DNA from: Candidatus Krumholzibacteriota bacterium
GTDB taxonomy: Bacteria > Krumholzibacteriota > Krumholzibacteriia > JAJRXK01
Reading direction: 5' to 3'
Length of the DNA stretch: 64,000 nt
Assembly (NCBI GenBank): GCA_963764625.1
Contig: CAVXTH010000009.1
Coordinates: forward strand, 96,001-160,000
The stretch's first letter is position 1. Each line of letters opens with the position of its first letter. The position numbers and the translations under genes are program-made. The notes below the pieces were generated by a model. The model saw nothing but the letters and a program-made list of their open reading frames with translations. It was not told where the DNA came from and did no database searches. Positions 47,888-58,180 of the stretch are shown here, one piece after another.

Positions 47888-50800
47888 GCGAGTCCAAAAA
47901 ACAGTGGGGCCTTTCGGGTCTCTCGATTCGGCGGCCGATTGGCGTCTTGGCCTGCGCCTCGGTGGTGGTGGTGCTGGGACTGTTCTTCGTCCGGCAGCTT
48001 CCCCTCGATCTGTTGCCACAGATCATCTATCCGCAGATCCGCGTGCGCGTGACTTACCCCGGGGTCGCTCCGGAAGTGATGGAAGAACAGGTCACCAAGG
48101 TTCTGGAGACCAGTCTGGCCACTACCGAGGACCTGGTCGCACTCGAAAGCGAGACCAGCGAAGGTGATTGCGACATCGACCTTCACTTCAACTACGGAAC
48201 GGATATCAACTTCGCACTTCAAGACGCCTCCAAGAACCTCGACCGCGCGCGCAGTCGTCTGCCGATCGAGGCCGATCCGCCGGTCATTCGCAAACTCGAC
48301 CCCTCACAAATTCCGGTCTTCGAGGTGGGCTTCAGCTCCGCTACCCGCGATCTGATCGATCTGCGCAATTGGGTGGAGCTGCGCCTGCAGCCCCAGCTCC
48401 TGACGATCGAAGGGGTGGCGGCGGTGGACGTGGCCGGTGGTCTGGTGCGCGAAATCCACGTGACGCTCGACCAAGAGAGACTTCGATCCTACGGACTCAC
48501 CATCTCCGACGTCCTTCAGCGCATTCGCTCCGAGAACCAGGATATCGCGGTGGGCAATGTCACTTCGCCCAACTTCGAAATCGTGGGCAAGACGGCGGGG
48601 AAGTTCAAGAGCGTCGATGACATCCGCAAGGTCCTACTCACGGTGCCCGGCACCTCGCAGAGAATCCCGCTCTCGGAAGTCGCGAAAGTCACCGATACCC
48701 ACGAAGAGCAGAGGTTGTGGGCGCGGCTGGATGGCGTGCCGGCGGTGAAACTCTCGGTGAGCAAGCAGCCCGATGCGAACACGGTTACCGTCGCCCAGGG
48801 TATTGCCGAGACGCTTGAGAGAGCTCGCGAGTTCCCGCTTCATTCCGGACGACATCCACTACGAAGTCATCTCCGACCAGTCCTTCTTCATTCGCAATGC
48901 GGTGGACGGAGTTCGCAACGCCGCGATCGTTGGAGCCGGTTTGGCCATGTGCATCGTGTTGCTGTTCTTGGGCAGCATTCGCAGGACATTCATCATCGGC
49001 CTGTCCATCCCGTTGGCCGTGTTGGCGACCTTCGCCATGATGGGGATGGGAAAGCTCACGCTGAACATCATGAGTCTTGGCGGTCTCGCACTGGGCATCG
49101 GACTTCTCATCGACAACTCGATCGTGATGCTGGAGAACATCTTCCGGCATCGGCAACTGGGAGTGATCGATCCGGTCGAATCGGCCCAGCGCGGGTCGGC
49201 CGAGGTTGCCTCCGCCGTGACCGCGTCGACTCTGACCAACCTCGCAGCGGTCGTGCCCTTCCTTCTCATCACCGGCCTGGCCGCCCTCATTTTCCGCGAA
49301 CTGATTCTGACCATCTCGTTCGCGATCGTGGCTTCTCTGGCCACCGCCTTGACTCTGGTGCCGATGCTCTCGGCCCAACTCGCCAAGGTTCAGCGGAGCA
49401 GCCACCTCGATCGCAATCCGGTCGTCATTCTCTTCAACCGCGGACTGGTGGGCTTCACCTCACTCTACCGGCACATGGCCGCCGGGGCGGTGCGCTTCCG
49501 CTGGTTGGTGCTCTTCATCGCATTCGCGGGGTTCTTCGGCTCGCTCGTTCTCATGCGAGGTCTGGGTAACGAGTTCCTCCCCGCGGTCGACGACGGAAAC
49601 GTGGGTGTCTACGTGCACATGCCTCCCGGGACCTCTCCCGAGCGAACCAATGAGATCGCACTCAAACTGGAAGATCTGGTGCACGGCATGCCCTACGTAG
49701 AGCACGTCTTCACCACGGCGGGGGGGTATTTGTACGGAGGCGCCACTCTCGCTCGCGGCGGCCGCGGTTCGATGTCGATTCAGCTCACACCGGCCAGCCA
49801 ACGGCGCAGCATGCCTGCCTCCCGTTGGGTCGACGAGCTGCGAGCCAAGATCAACCAGCTGGGCATTCCGGGGGCCCAGATCTTCGTGCGTCCGCCGCGG
49901 ATTCGCGGCTTGCGGACGAACCGGGTCGGCTCGGACGTGGCGGTCTCGGTGCAGGGAGACGATCTGGCGAAGCTGCAGTCCCTCGGCTACGAGATGCAGC
50001 GGCGCATGAAGGGGATTCTAGGCCTTTCAGGAGTCGAACTGTCGACCGAGGAAGCCAGCCCCCAGCTCTCCATCGAGATCGATCGTCAACGCGCCGCCGA
50101 TCTCGGACTGGACGTGGCCCAGGTGGGCCAGACTGTCCGGACGGCTCTGGACGGCACCATCGTCACCCGGTACACCGACAAGAACAACGAGTACGACATC
50201 CGCGTACGGCTTCCTCGCGACTCGTTCACCAGCCCCGAGGATCTGGGAGCCATCGCGCTCTTTCCCGGCGATGAAGCGCCCATCTACCTGCGCGACGTCG
50301 CCGACGTCCGTTTGGGAACCGGGCCTACCACCATTTTGCGGGTGAACCAGAACCGCCAGCTGCGCGTGACCGGCGATGTCGACGACCAGGTGGCGAGCGT
50401 GGGTCAGGTCACCGCCGCGGTCCGCAGCGCTCTGGCCGACCTGCCGTTGCCGCAGGGTTACTCGTTGATCTACGGAGGAGAGGAACAGGCGCTGCGCGAG
50501 AACCAGCGCAACCTGCGCATCGTAATTCTCTTGGCCGTCTTTCTCGTCTTCGTCGTGATGGCGGTCCAGTACGAGAGCGTCAGCGACCCCCTGACCATCC
50601 TGGTCTCCATTCCCTTGGCTTTGATCGGGGTGGGGGCTCTGCTCTGGATCACCGGGACCCCCCTCAGCGCCCCGGTTCTTTTGGGAGTCATTCTCTTGGC
50701 CGGAATCGTGGTGAACAACGCGATCCTTTTGGTGCAGTACGTGGAGATCGCCCGCCGCGAGAAGGGAATGCCGGTGGAGGAAGCAGTGGTGGAAGCGGGA

Positions 50801-51025
50801 GCGGTCCGTCTGCGGCCGATTCTGATGACCACGACCACGACCGTCTTCGGTATGTTGCCTCTGGCACTGGGACTGGGGGAGGGATCGGAGCTGATGCAAC
50901 CTCTCGCCATCGCGGTCATTGGAGGATTGACGGTGTCCACCCTACTCACCCTGATCGTCGTGCCCTGCGCCTATCTCATCGTGCACCAGGTGGCGGATGG
51001 CTTGCGACGGGTGGTCATCGGATGA
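47884..51025 (+). CDS. RND (AcrB-family) transporter; frameshift near 48815
   Basis: SIRRPI, GLLIDNSIVMLENI, GIVVNNAIL and RLRPILMTT; the two ORFs overlap at a GAGAGAG tract. Confidence 0.92.
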
Positions 51026-51037
51026 GTCGAGGATCAC

Positions 51038-52037
51038 TCAGGCTTTCTTCGCCTGGATCACCCAATCCATTTCGCGCGTTCCCTCGCGCACGGTCGGGAT
51101 CTTCGAATCCCGCTGCCGCGAGGTCCTCGCTCTGTTCGGCGAAGCTGAAGGTTCCGCCCGCCTCGGTGTTCACCAGCATGTTGATCGCGAACATCGCCCC
51201 CGCGGTGGGGGAGACGTGGTCGTCACTCATCACCATGTCGCGAATGAAGATGCTCCCTTCCGGGGCGAGAGCGTCGTGAACTTTGGTATAAAGTTCCCGG
51301 TTTTGCTCCCGCGAGTTCTGATGGGTGATGGCGCTGATCCAGGCCATGTCGGCGCCCTTGGGGAAGCTCTCGTCCTGGTAAAAGTCTCCCGGCACCAGCT
51401 TCACCCGCTCGAGCAAGCCGTGGGCTCGAAGTGGCGGCGCGCGATGGGGACCACTTCGGGCAGGTCGTAGTAGATGGCCTGCAGTTCTGGGTTGGCATCG
51501 AGGAAGGCGCGGGTCCAGGTCCCGGGTCCGCCGCCGATATCCAGGAGCTTCTTGAAGGGAAGGGATCCCAGGGAGGTGACCACCTTCGGGCGCGGCCTCG
51601 TGGCTGGCGACTTCCATCGCCTCGATGAACGACCGGCGGTCCTCGTCGTAGCCGCGCACGCTGGCCAGGCGATCGAAGTGCGTCCCCTGCTTCACGACGT
51701 TCGCGAGCTGGGCCCAGCTGCGCAGACAGTTGGCCTGATGACGCAGCATGTTCACCACGTTCCCCGGCGAGTTCTCGTCGAAGAGCGGCGCGATGCCGTC
51801 AGCCGGCCGATATTCGACCTTCTCCTTTTGAAGCAATCCGAGCGCGGCGAGAGCATCGGCCAGAATTGCGGTGGCGCGTTCATCCAGTGTCAACCTGCGC
51901 GCCAGATCCCGCGCGTTCATGGGGCCTTGGGAAAGGGCGGGAATGAGATCGAGTTCGGCCGCGGCGACGATCACGCTCGCACTTTGAAACTGACGCGCCG
52001 TCGTCAGAAGCGTTTCGGTATTCCATTGTGAAGTCAT
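51038..52037 (-). CDS. Class I SAM-dependent O-methyltransferase (Methyltransf_2 + dimerisation domain); about three frameshifts
   Basis: LLDIGGGPG (alternate frame 51401-51583), VPGDFY and NMLVNTEAGGTFS. The likely C-terminus ...MDWVIQAKKA* ends at 51038. Confidence 0.8.
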
Positions 52038-52168
52038 GACATTCCTCGATTTCTAGGAATTCAGTTCGCGGGTCGTTCTCTCTAGTTTCCACCCGGGCGA
52101 GCTTCTCGCAAGCCCCATATACGCGTTCTGACGAAAGAAATTCCCCCCGCTCGCTTGCCGATCTCAAG

Positions 52169-52187
52169 AATGAAAACGAGTTTCAAT
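52169..52187. promoter_or_regulatory. Fur-family-like 19-bp inverted repeat
   Basis: AATGAAAACGAGTTTCAAT (TGAAA-N5-TTTCA) in the divergent intergenic region. Confidence 0.4.
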
Positions 52188-52207
52188 CCTGACGATCTCA
52201 GCTACGG

Positions 52208-52236
52208 TTGACGAGGATCTGCAACTACCCTAGAGT
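52208..52236 (+). promoter_or_regulatory. Putative sigma70 promoter for the peroxidase operon
   Basis: TTGACG-N17-TAGAGT. Confidence 0.55.
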
Positions 52237-52412
52237 CGCCTTACGTCCTGTTCCGGCCATTTCCCTCACTTCATTCCGCCGGATACCACCATGACTCGAC
52301 CGCAAGAAGCGCAGTGCAGCCAGCTCTGCCGACGAAGATGCCGCAATCGTGGCATGTTGCTTCGCGTGCCCTCGAGGCACCATGTCCTCTCATGCCGCGA
52401 GAAGGAGGAATC

Positions 52413-53561
52413 ATGAAGCGAATTCTGTTCGTCGGAATCCTGTGCCTGGGACTTCTGATGACGGCTACCCCCGCCGCCACCGCGGGGGACGCAGGGCCGT
52501 CCTTGGGCCTGCCCCCGGTGCCGATTCCGGCCGACAACCCGCAGACGCCGGACAAGATCGCTCTCGGCGACAAGCTGTTCCACGACAAGAGATTCAGCAC
52601 GACCGGCGAAGTCAGCTGTTCCACTTGTCATGACAACGACAAGGCCTTCACCGACAGTCCCCTGCGGTTCTCCGAAGGCATCAATAAGCTCAACGGAACC
52701 CGGAACGCGCCGACGGTGGTGAATGCTGCCTACTTTGGAACGCAATTTTGGGATGGACGTTCCCCGGATCTCGAAGATCAGGCGCTGCACCCCTTCGTAA
52801 ATCCGGTCGAGATGGGTCTACCAGACCACGAGCCCATTCTGGCCCTGGTGCGGGAGGATCCAGAGTACGTCGACGCATTTGGCAAAGTCTTCGGCAAACA
52901 CGGCATGGGGATCACCATGGTGGAGGTGACCGACGCGATCGCCGCGTTCGAACGCACCATCGTGGCGGGAGACTCGCCCTTCGACCGCTACTACTACGGA
53001 GGCGACGACCACCGCGCTTACGCCACAGCAGATCCGCGGTTTCGATCTCTTCGTCAACAAGGGGCGCTGCCTGTCATGCCACGTGCTCGAACAGACCCAG
53101 GGAATCTGTTCACCGATAGCCGATTCCACAACATCGGAGTGGGCATCAACGGCATTCAGTCGGATGTACCCGAATTGGCCCACAAGTTCTTGCAGGCGGA
53201 CGCCACCCTGAGCGAAGTGGATGTGGAGGTTCTGACCGATCCGAGAACTTCGGAGTTGGGACGCTTCGCGGTTACGCGCAAGTTCGACGATCTGGGAGCG
53301 TTCAAGACACCAACCCTGCGAAACGTCGCGGCTACTGCACCCTACATGCATGACGGTAGTATCAAGACTCTGCGCGAGGTCGTGGTGCACTACAACAACG
53401 GCGGCGTCACCAACGAAGGCGACCCCGTGAACGACTTTCTCAGCGGCGGCATCAGGCCGCTGAATCTGACCGAGAGTGAGATCGACGACCTCGTCGCGTT
53501 CATGGAAGCTCTCACCAGCCCTCAATTCACCGAACTGGCCGTCAAGGCCGGCACGGAATAA
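52413..53561 (+). CDS. Diheme cytochrome c peroxidase/MauG-family protein; two compensating frameshifts (about 53010 and 53103)
   Basis: AAGGAGG RBS, signal peptide, CSTCH, RNAPTV, QFWDGR and FKTPTLRN..TAPYMHDG. The second heme motif CLSCH is in another frame at 53068-53082. Confidence 0.9.
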   Translation: MKRILFVGILCLGLLMTATPAATAGDAGPSLGLPPVPIPADNPQTPDKIALGDKLFHDKRFSTTGEVSCSTCHDNDKAFTDSPLRFSEGINKLNGTRNAPTVVNAAYFGTQFWDGRSPDLEDQALHPFVNPVEMGLPDHEPILALVREDPEYVDAFGKVFGKHGMGITMVEVTDAIAAFERTIVAGDSPFDRYYYGGDDHRAYATADPRFRSLRQQGALPVMPRARTDPGNLFTDSRFHNIGVGINGIQSDVPELAHKFLQADATLSEVDVEVLTDPRTSELGRFAVTRKFDDLGAFKTPTLRNVAATAPYMHDGSIKTLREVVVHYNNGGVTNEGDPVNDFLSGGIRPLNLTESEIDDLVAFMEALTSPQFTELAVKAGTE

Positions 53562-53575
53562 AGAGAGGAGCCGAC

Positions 53576-54652
53576 ATGTCCACATTCAAGATGAGCCGGC
53601 GTGAGTTTCTCAAGGGCGCGGGCGTCGTGACGGCGGCGAGCTGTCTACCGATGAGCATGGTGGAGTTAGCCTTCGCCGATTCGCGTCAGAACTTCAGCTT
53701 CGCCTACATCTCCGACTCCCACCTTCAACACATCTCTGGCACCAGCTTCGTCAACAACTGGGACCGCGGACTGATCCGTGCCGTGGCCGAGACAAACTTG
53801 CTCACTCCAAAGCCCGACTTCGTGGTGTTCGGAGGCGACCTGGCTCAACTGGGGAAGAGAGAGGAGCTCGACCATGGGGCCGAGATACTGTCCAAGCTCA
53901 ACGGCAAGACCTATCACGTCATGGGCGAGCACGACTATTATCTCGATCTCGGCAAGTACTGGTCGAAGCTCTACGGCGATCACTATTACAGCTTCAACCA
54001 CAAGGGAACCCACTTCGTCGTCCTCAACAGCATTCTCACCTACGACGACTGGACCTTCAATCGCTGGCCCAGCGCCGAGCAGCGCATGGTGGAGATGGCG
54101 GGTCTGGACAACCCCAACGGCTCGCCCTTCATGGTCGGCGACAAGCAGCGCGAGTGGCTGAAGAAGGACCTTGCCAAGGTCAAGAAGGACACTCCCGTCG
54201 TAGTCTTCTCGCACTCACCGATCCAGAAACTGTACAAGGGATGGAACTTCTGGACGGAAGATGCCGAGCAGATCCACGAGCTGCTGAAGCCCTTCGACAA
54301 GGTGTCGGTGATCTACGGCCACGTCCATCAGGTGCAGTACAACCAGATCGGAAACATCAGCTTCAACGCGGTGATGGCGACGGCGTGGCCCTGGCCGTAT
54401 CCGGAGAGTTACGCGCAGGCGCAGCATCACATGCCGAAGTTGACGGTGCGGATGAACCGCGCCGATCCCTTCTTCGAGAGAGATGCCACCGGCTGGCAGT
54501 TCATCGACGTCAACACCGGTAAGGTCGCGCTGAAGTACAACCTGTACAACAACACCAACCGCACCGTGGCCTACAACCCCGAGACGGGACAGCCCGAGGA
54601 CACCACGTTCCAGGATGAATCCGAGCGGATTCCCCCGCAACTTCATTTCTAG
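53576..54652 (+). CDS. Tat-exported calcineurin-like metallophosphoesterase
   Basis: Twin-arginine SRREFLK; metal motifs DSH, GGD, GEHD, SH and GHVH. Confidence 0.88.
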   Translation: MSTFKMSRREFLKGAGVVTAASCLPMSMVELAFADSRQNFSFAYISDSHLQHISGTSFVNNWDRGLIRAVAETNLLTPKPDFVVFGGDLAQLGKREELDHGAEILSKLNGKTYHVMGEHDYYLDLGKYWSKLYGDHYYSFNHKGTHFVVLNSILTYDDWTFNRWPSAEQRMVEMAGLDNPNGSPFMVGDKQREWLKKDLAKVKKDTPVVVFSHSPIQKLYKGWNFWTEDAEQIHELLKPFDKVSVIYGHVHQVQYNQIGNISFNAVMATAWPWPYPESYAQAQHHMPKLTVRMNRADPFFERDATGWQFIDVNTGKVALKYNLYNNTNRTVAYNPETGQPEDTTFQDESERIPPQLHF

Positions 54653-54665
54653 AAGGAGTGAGACG

Positions 54666-55079
54666 ATGCGAACGAAAATTCTGGGAGCCTCGCTCCTTAC
54701 GCTCGTGATCTTGATGGTCGCGGGAGATCTCATGGTTCGCGCCGACGAATTCTCCAAAGAGGATCTGGCGCGCTGGCAAGAAGAGTATATGGGCGTGGTC
54801 GCACGGGGCCGCGAATTGTGGACGAGTCCCGACCTGGGGACGAATGGCGTCGCATGTGCTCAGTGCCATCCGAATGCGGCGGATACGCATCCGGAGACCT
54901 ACCCAAAATTCCAGCAGCAGCTGGGCCGTGTCGCCCCGTTGCGCGACATGATCAACTGGTGCCTCATGAATCCTCTGGAGGGAGAGCCTCTCGAATTAGA
55001 TGATCCCGATCTGGTGGCGATCGAAACCTACGTGAGCTATGAGCGCAGGGGAGTACCGATGGCGCCAGGCAAGCACTGA
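54666..55079 (+). CDS. Monoheme c-type cytochrome with a SoxA/TsdA-like distal Cys segment
   Basis: Signal peptide, CAQCH, then YPKF...LRDMINWCLMNPLEG. Confidence 0.8.
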   Translation: MRTKILGASLLTLVILMVAGDLMVRADEFSKEDLARWQEEYMGVVARGRELWTSPDLGTNGVACAQCHPNAADTHPETYPKFQQQLGRVAPLRDMINWCLMNPLEGEPLELDDPDLVAIETYVSYERRGVPMAPGKH

Positions 55080-55130
55080 GGCGCGGCAGCACACCGCAAA
55101 ACCAGTACGTGTATCATTTGACGCGTTACG

Positions 55131-55160
55131 AAAAGGGCCCCGTCGAAACGGGGCCCTTTT
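55131..55160. terminator. Bidirectional intrinsic terminator
   Basis: AAAAGGGCCCCGT-CGAA-ACGGGGCCCTTTT between convergent operons. Confidence 0.9.
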
Positions 55161-55188
55161 GCGAAGAGCTCGAGCTCACGGATTGCCT

Positions 55189-56031
55189 TCACTTCTTCTC
55201 GAGCTTGACCTCTCCGCTGAAGACCGAGATCTCGATGCGGGCGCTCCCGTCGCCGTTGGTGAAGGAGAGTTCCTTCCCCGGAGCGAATTTCGAGGTGCGC
55301 TCTGCCTTCTGTCCGAACTCGTTGTCGATGTCTCCGCTGAAGGTGCTGATCTCGAATTCGGCGCCGATGCTCGAGGGCACGATCAGGTGTGCAGTGCCAC
55401 TGTGGCAGCTAATTTCCCAACTCGCATGCTTGGCCGCGTCCCCCGCGAGTTCGAAATTGCCACTGACGCTGCTGAATTCCAGCTTCTTCAGGGTGCCCGC
55501 GGTCATCTTTGCGTCTCCACTCACCACCGAGATTTCCAGACTCTTCTGAACTCCGGATACCCTGACATTCCCGCTGACACATCCGATCTCCACGTCGTCG
55601 GAGTTGCAGTCCAATTCGATGTCGCCGCTGACGGTCTCGATGTCGAGCGAACCATCGACATCGGTGATGTGGAAATTCGTGCTGACTCCCTGCACTTCGA
55701 GTTCACAGCCCTTTGGAACCATGAACTCCAGGGTGGAGCCATCGAGGCCTCGGTTGTTCTGAGGATAGTCCACCCGGAAGGCCATGTCGTCTTTGTCGCC
55801 CTCGATCTCGAAGCCGTTGGCCTTGGGGTCGAGAGTTCCGGTGACGTGGACCTCGTTCTTGTCCCAGGCGGTAATCGTGACGTCTCCCGCTAGCACTTCG
55901 ATCGAGATCTGAGCGTCAGCATCGACGCTTCGCGTCTCGTCCACCTTGGTGGCGCTAAAGCTCTTCGGAATGCCGAAGAGGGAGACGGCCAAGAGAATCC
56001 CCAGGGCCGAAAGTAGTCTCGAGTTCTTCAT
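55189..56031 (-). CDS. DUF4097-like beta-strand repeat protein (secreted)
   Basis: Signal peptide; repeats ETVSGDI, CVSGNV, VVSGDA, SVSGNF and TFSGDI; typical partner of ECF operons. Confidence 0.85.
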   Translation of the reverse strand: MKNSRLLSALGILLAVSLFGIPKSFSATKVDETRSVDADAQISIEVLAGDVTITAWDKNEVHVTGTLDPKANGFEIEGDKDDMAFRVDYPQNNRGLDGSTLEFMVPKGCELEVQGVSTNFHITDVDGSLDIETVSGDIELDCNSDDVEIGCVSGNVRVSGVQKSLEISVVSGDAKMTAGTLKKLEFSSVSGNFELAGDAAKHASWEISCHSGTAHLIVPSSIGAEFEISTFSGDIDNEFGQKAERTSKFAPGKELSFTNGDGSARIEISVFSGEVKLEKK

Positions 56032-56043
56032 GGTCACACCTTT

Positions 56044-56715
56044 CTAAAGGGCGGTCGTTTGGGCGGCAATCCGTTGCAGAATGTCTAGCTTGTTCCGGTA
56101 ACCCGCTGCCAGGCTGCGGTACCCCGGAGAGTTCACGTCCGTTTTGTTCATGGCGGCGACGGTCTCGCGCAGCGCCTGTGCGATCTGGTCCAGGCTCCGG
56201 TCCAAGGCGAGCTCAGTGGCCGAGGGAAGATCTCCATCCTTTCTCGCGAAGACGGTCCGGCAGTCGCTGATCATGGACTGTGAGCAGAGAGCGAGCATGT
56301 CCTTGTCGTTGCTTTGCACCGGGGAGGATTGCGGATGCAGTCCCCGCAGTGTCGGAGGCAAGAGCAGCGCGAAGGCCAGGACTGCCGCCAAGAGCCAGGT
56401 CACCGAACGGAGCGAGAGAAGAGAGTTGCCCTCGGACGCGGCTGGCCTGCTACTCGGAAGGTTGATCACCTTCGCTGGTGTGCCGGCCGTTGCTTCGTCC
56501 AAACGCACCTCAAGCTCGGGCCAGAGATCGCGCGAGGGTTCGATTTCCTCGGGGAGTTCCCGGACGCTGGCCAAAAGCGAGCGCAGGGACTCGAGTTCGA
56601 GGCGGCAAGCCGTGCAGGACTGCAGGTGCGCTTTCACTTCCTCTGCTTGCCGGGGCTCCAGCTGCCCATCCGCGAAGTCGTCCAGTTGCGCGAGGATTTT
56701 TTCGTGCGTCGTCAT
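56044..56715 (-). CDS. Zinc-finger (zf-HC2) anti-sigma factor
   Basis: HLQSCTAC motif plus a single transmembrane segment; coupled to the sigma gene. Confidence 0.9.
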   Translation of the reverse strand: MTTHEKILAQLDDFADGQLEPRQAEEVKAHLQSCTACRLELESLRSLLASVRELPEEIEPSRDLWPELEVRLDEATAGTPAKVINLPSSRPAASEGNSLLSLRSVTWLLAAVLAFALLLPPTLRGLHPQSSPVQSNDKDMLALCSQSMISDCRTVFARKDGDLPSATELALDRSLDQIAQALRETVAAMNKTDVNSPGYRSLAAGYRNKLDILQRIAAQTTAL

Positions 56716-57254
56716 GCCAATGCCTCCCTCAGGAGTCTGCGGGCGCGGTGGAGTTGCGCTTTGACCGTTCCGATCGCGAGATCGGAGAGCTCGGCGATCT
56801 CGCGGATCTTGTAGCCCTGCACGTCGTGCAAAACGAAGGCGCTGCGGGCTCCGTCCGGCAGCGTAGCAATGGCTCTCTCGAGGTCCATGCGATGTCCGCC
56901 GTGCTCGGGACGACTCCGGGTCTCCGGGATGGTCCCGACTTCCGGAGCTTCGTCGAGAGAGGTCTCCCGGGCGTCCCTCCGGCGCGTCCTGCGCCGCTGA
57001 TCCAAGACCACGTTGACCGTCAGCCGGTGTAGCCAGGTCGTGAAACGACTGCGACCCTCGAAGGAGGAGAGATTTCGCCAGGCCCGAATGAACGCATCTT
57101 GGGTGAGGCTCTCCGCCAGATCCCGATCGGCACTCATGCGCAGGCAGAGGGCATATACGCGGTTGACGTGCAGGTGATAGATCTGCTCGAAGGCGCTCCG
57201 GTCGCCGTCACGCGCGCGGTCGAGGAGGAAGCCGAGATCGGGCGGTTCGGTCAT
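56712..57254 (-). CDS. ECF RNA polymerase sigma factor
   Basis: GDRSAFEQIY, QDAFIRAW, FTTWLHR and GTVKAQLHRARRLL; GAGGTG before the ATG at 57254. Confidence 0.95.
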   Translation of the reverse strand: MTEPPDLGFLLDRARDGDRSAFEQIYHLHVNRVYALCLRMSADRDLAESLTQDAFIRAWRNLSSFEGRSRFTTWLHRLTVNVVLDQRRRTRRRDARETSLDEAPEVGTIPETRSRPEHGGHRMDLERAIATLPDGARSAFVLHDVQGYKIREIAELSDLAIGTVKAQLHRARRLLREALA

Positions 57255-57588
57255 CTCGAGCACCTCTGCACCGCAAGTAGGTTGCCGTTCTGGCAGCATT
57301 CCGCTCTCCGGGGTCGAATTGTTTCGTGCATATGGTTCGACTTCCGGCGGGCCCAAAAGGCTTAAGGCCGGACCAGAGATTTCAAGAATTCCCTGAAGGG
57401 GGCCCGAGACCCAGGATCCGCGTTTCTGGGCCCAGGGGAAAGCTCTCATTGGAGAATTCGGCCGATTCGGCCTTGCCCCGGGCCGGACATCGGTTCTATC
57501 CATTTAAGGACGTGTTGAAGCATCTGGTGTAGAACTTCTCCTCGAGGGAGGACTCCGCAGCCAACGAGCCGGAAAGAAAGGTAGAGCA

Positions 57589-58092
57589 ATGGGAAAACGA
57601 GGACGTGAAATCGTCGGCATGGATGTGGACGAGTTGCTAAGACTGCTCAATCAGGCATACGCCAGCGAGTGGCTCGCCTATTACCAGTACTGGCTGGGTG
57701 CGAAGCTGATCAAAGGACCGATGAAGGGCGCGGTTGCGGCCGAACTCGACCAGCATGCCACCGAGGAACTCGGTCATGCGCTGATGCTCGCCAATCGCAT
57801 CATTCAGCTCGGCGGCGTCCCGGAGCTCCAGCCCAAGAGCTGGGAGAAGCTGAGCCCGTGCAAGTACGATGCGCCCGAAGACGCCTACGTGGCGGTGTTG
57901 CTCGACCAGAACATCGACGGCGAGCAATGCGCCATCACGGCCTACAAGAATCTCATGGACGCGACCAAGGACAAGGACATGGTGACCTACAACTTGGCCT
58001 TGACCATCCTCGAACAGGAAGTCGAGCACGAAGAGGACCTACAGGGTCTTCGCGAAGATCTCGACCTGATGGTCGAACGCGGGAGCAAGTGA
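57589..58092 (+). CDS. Ferritin-like/DPS-like di-iron protein
   Basis: ASEWLAYYQYW, EELGHA, GEQCAI and QEVEHEEDL. Confidence 0.9.
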   Translation: MGKRGREIVGMDVDELLRLLNQAYASEWLAYYQYWLGAKLIKGPMKGAVAAELDQHATEELGHALMLANRIIQLGGVPELQPKSWEKLSPCKYDAPEDAYVAVLLDQNIDGEQCAITAYKNLMDATKDKDMVTYNLALTILEQEVEHEEDLQGLREDLDLMVERGSK

Positions 58093-58180
58093 TCTGGCCG
58101 CGGGCTTCAAGTCACTGCTGAAAGGCCGATCCGACGACGAGGCAAAGCTGGGAGCATTCCTGGGCGTCTACACGCCGACG

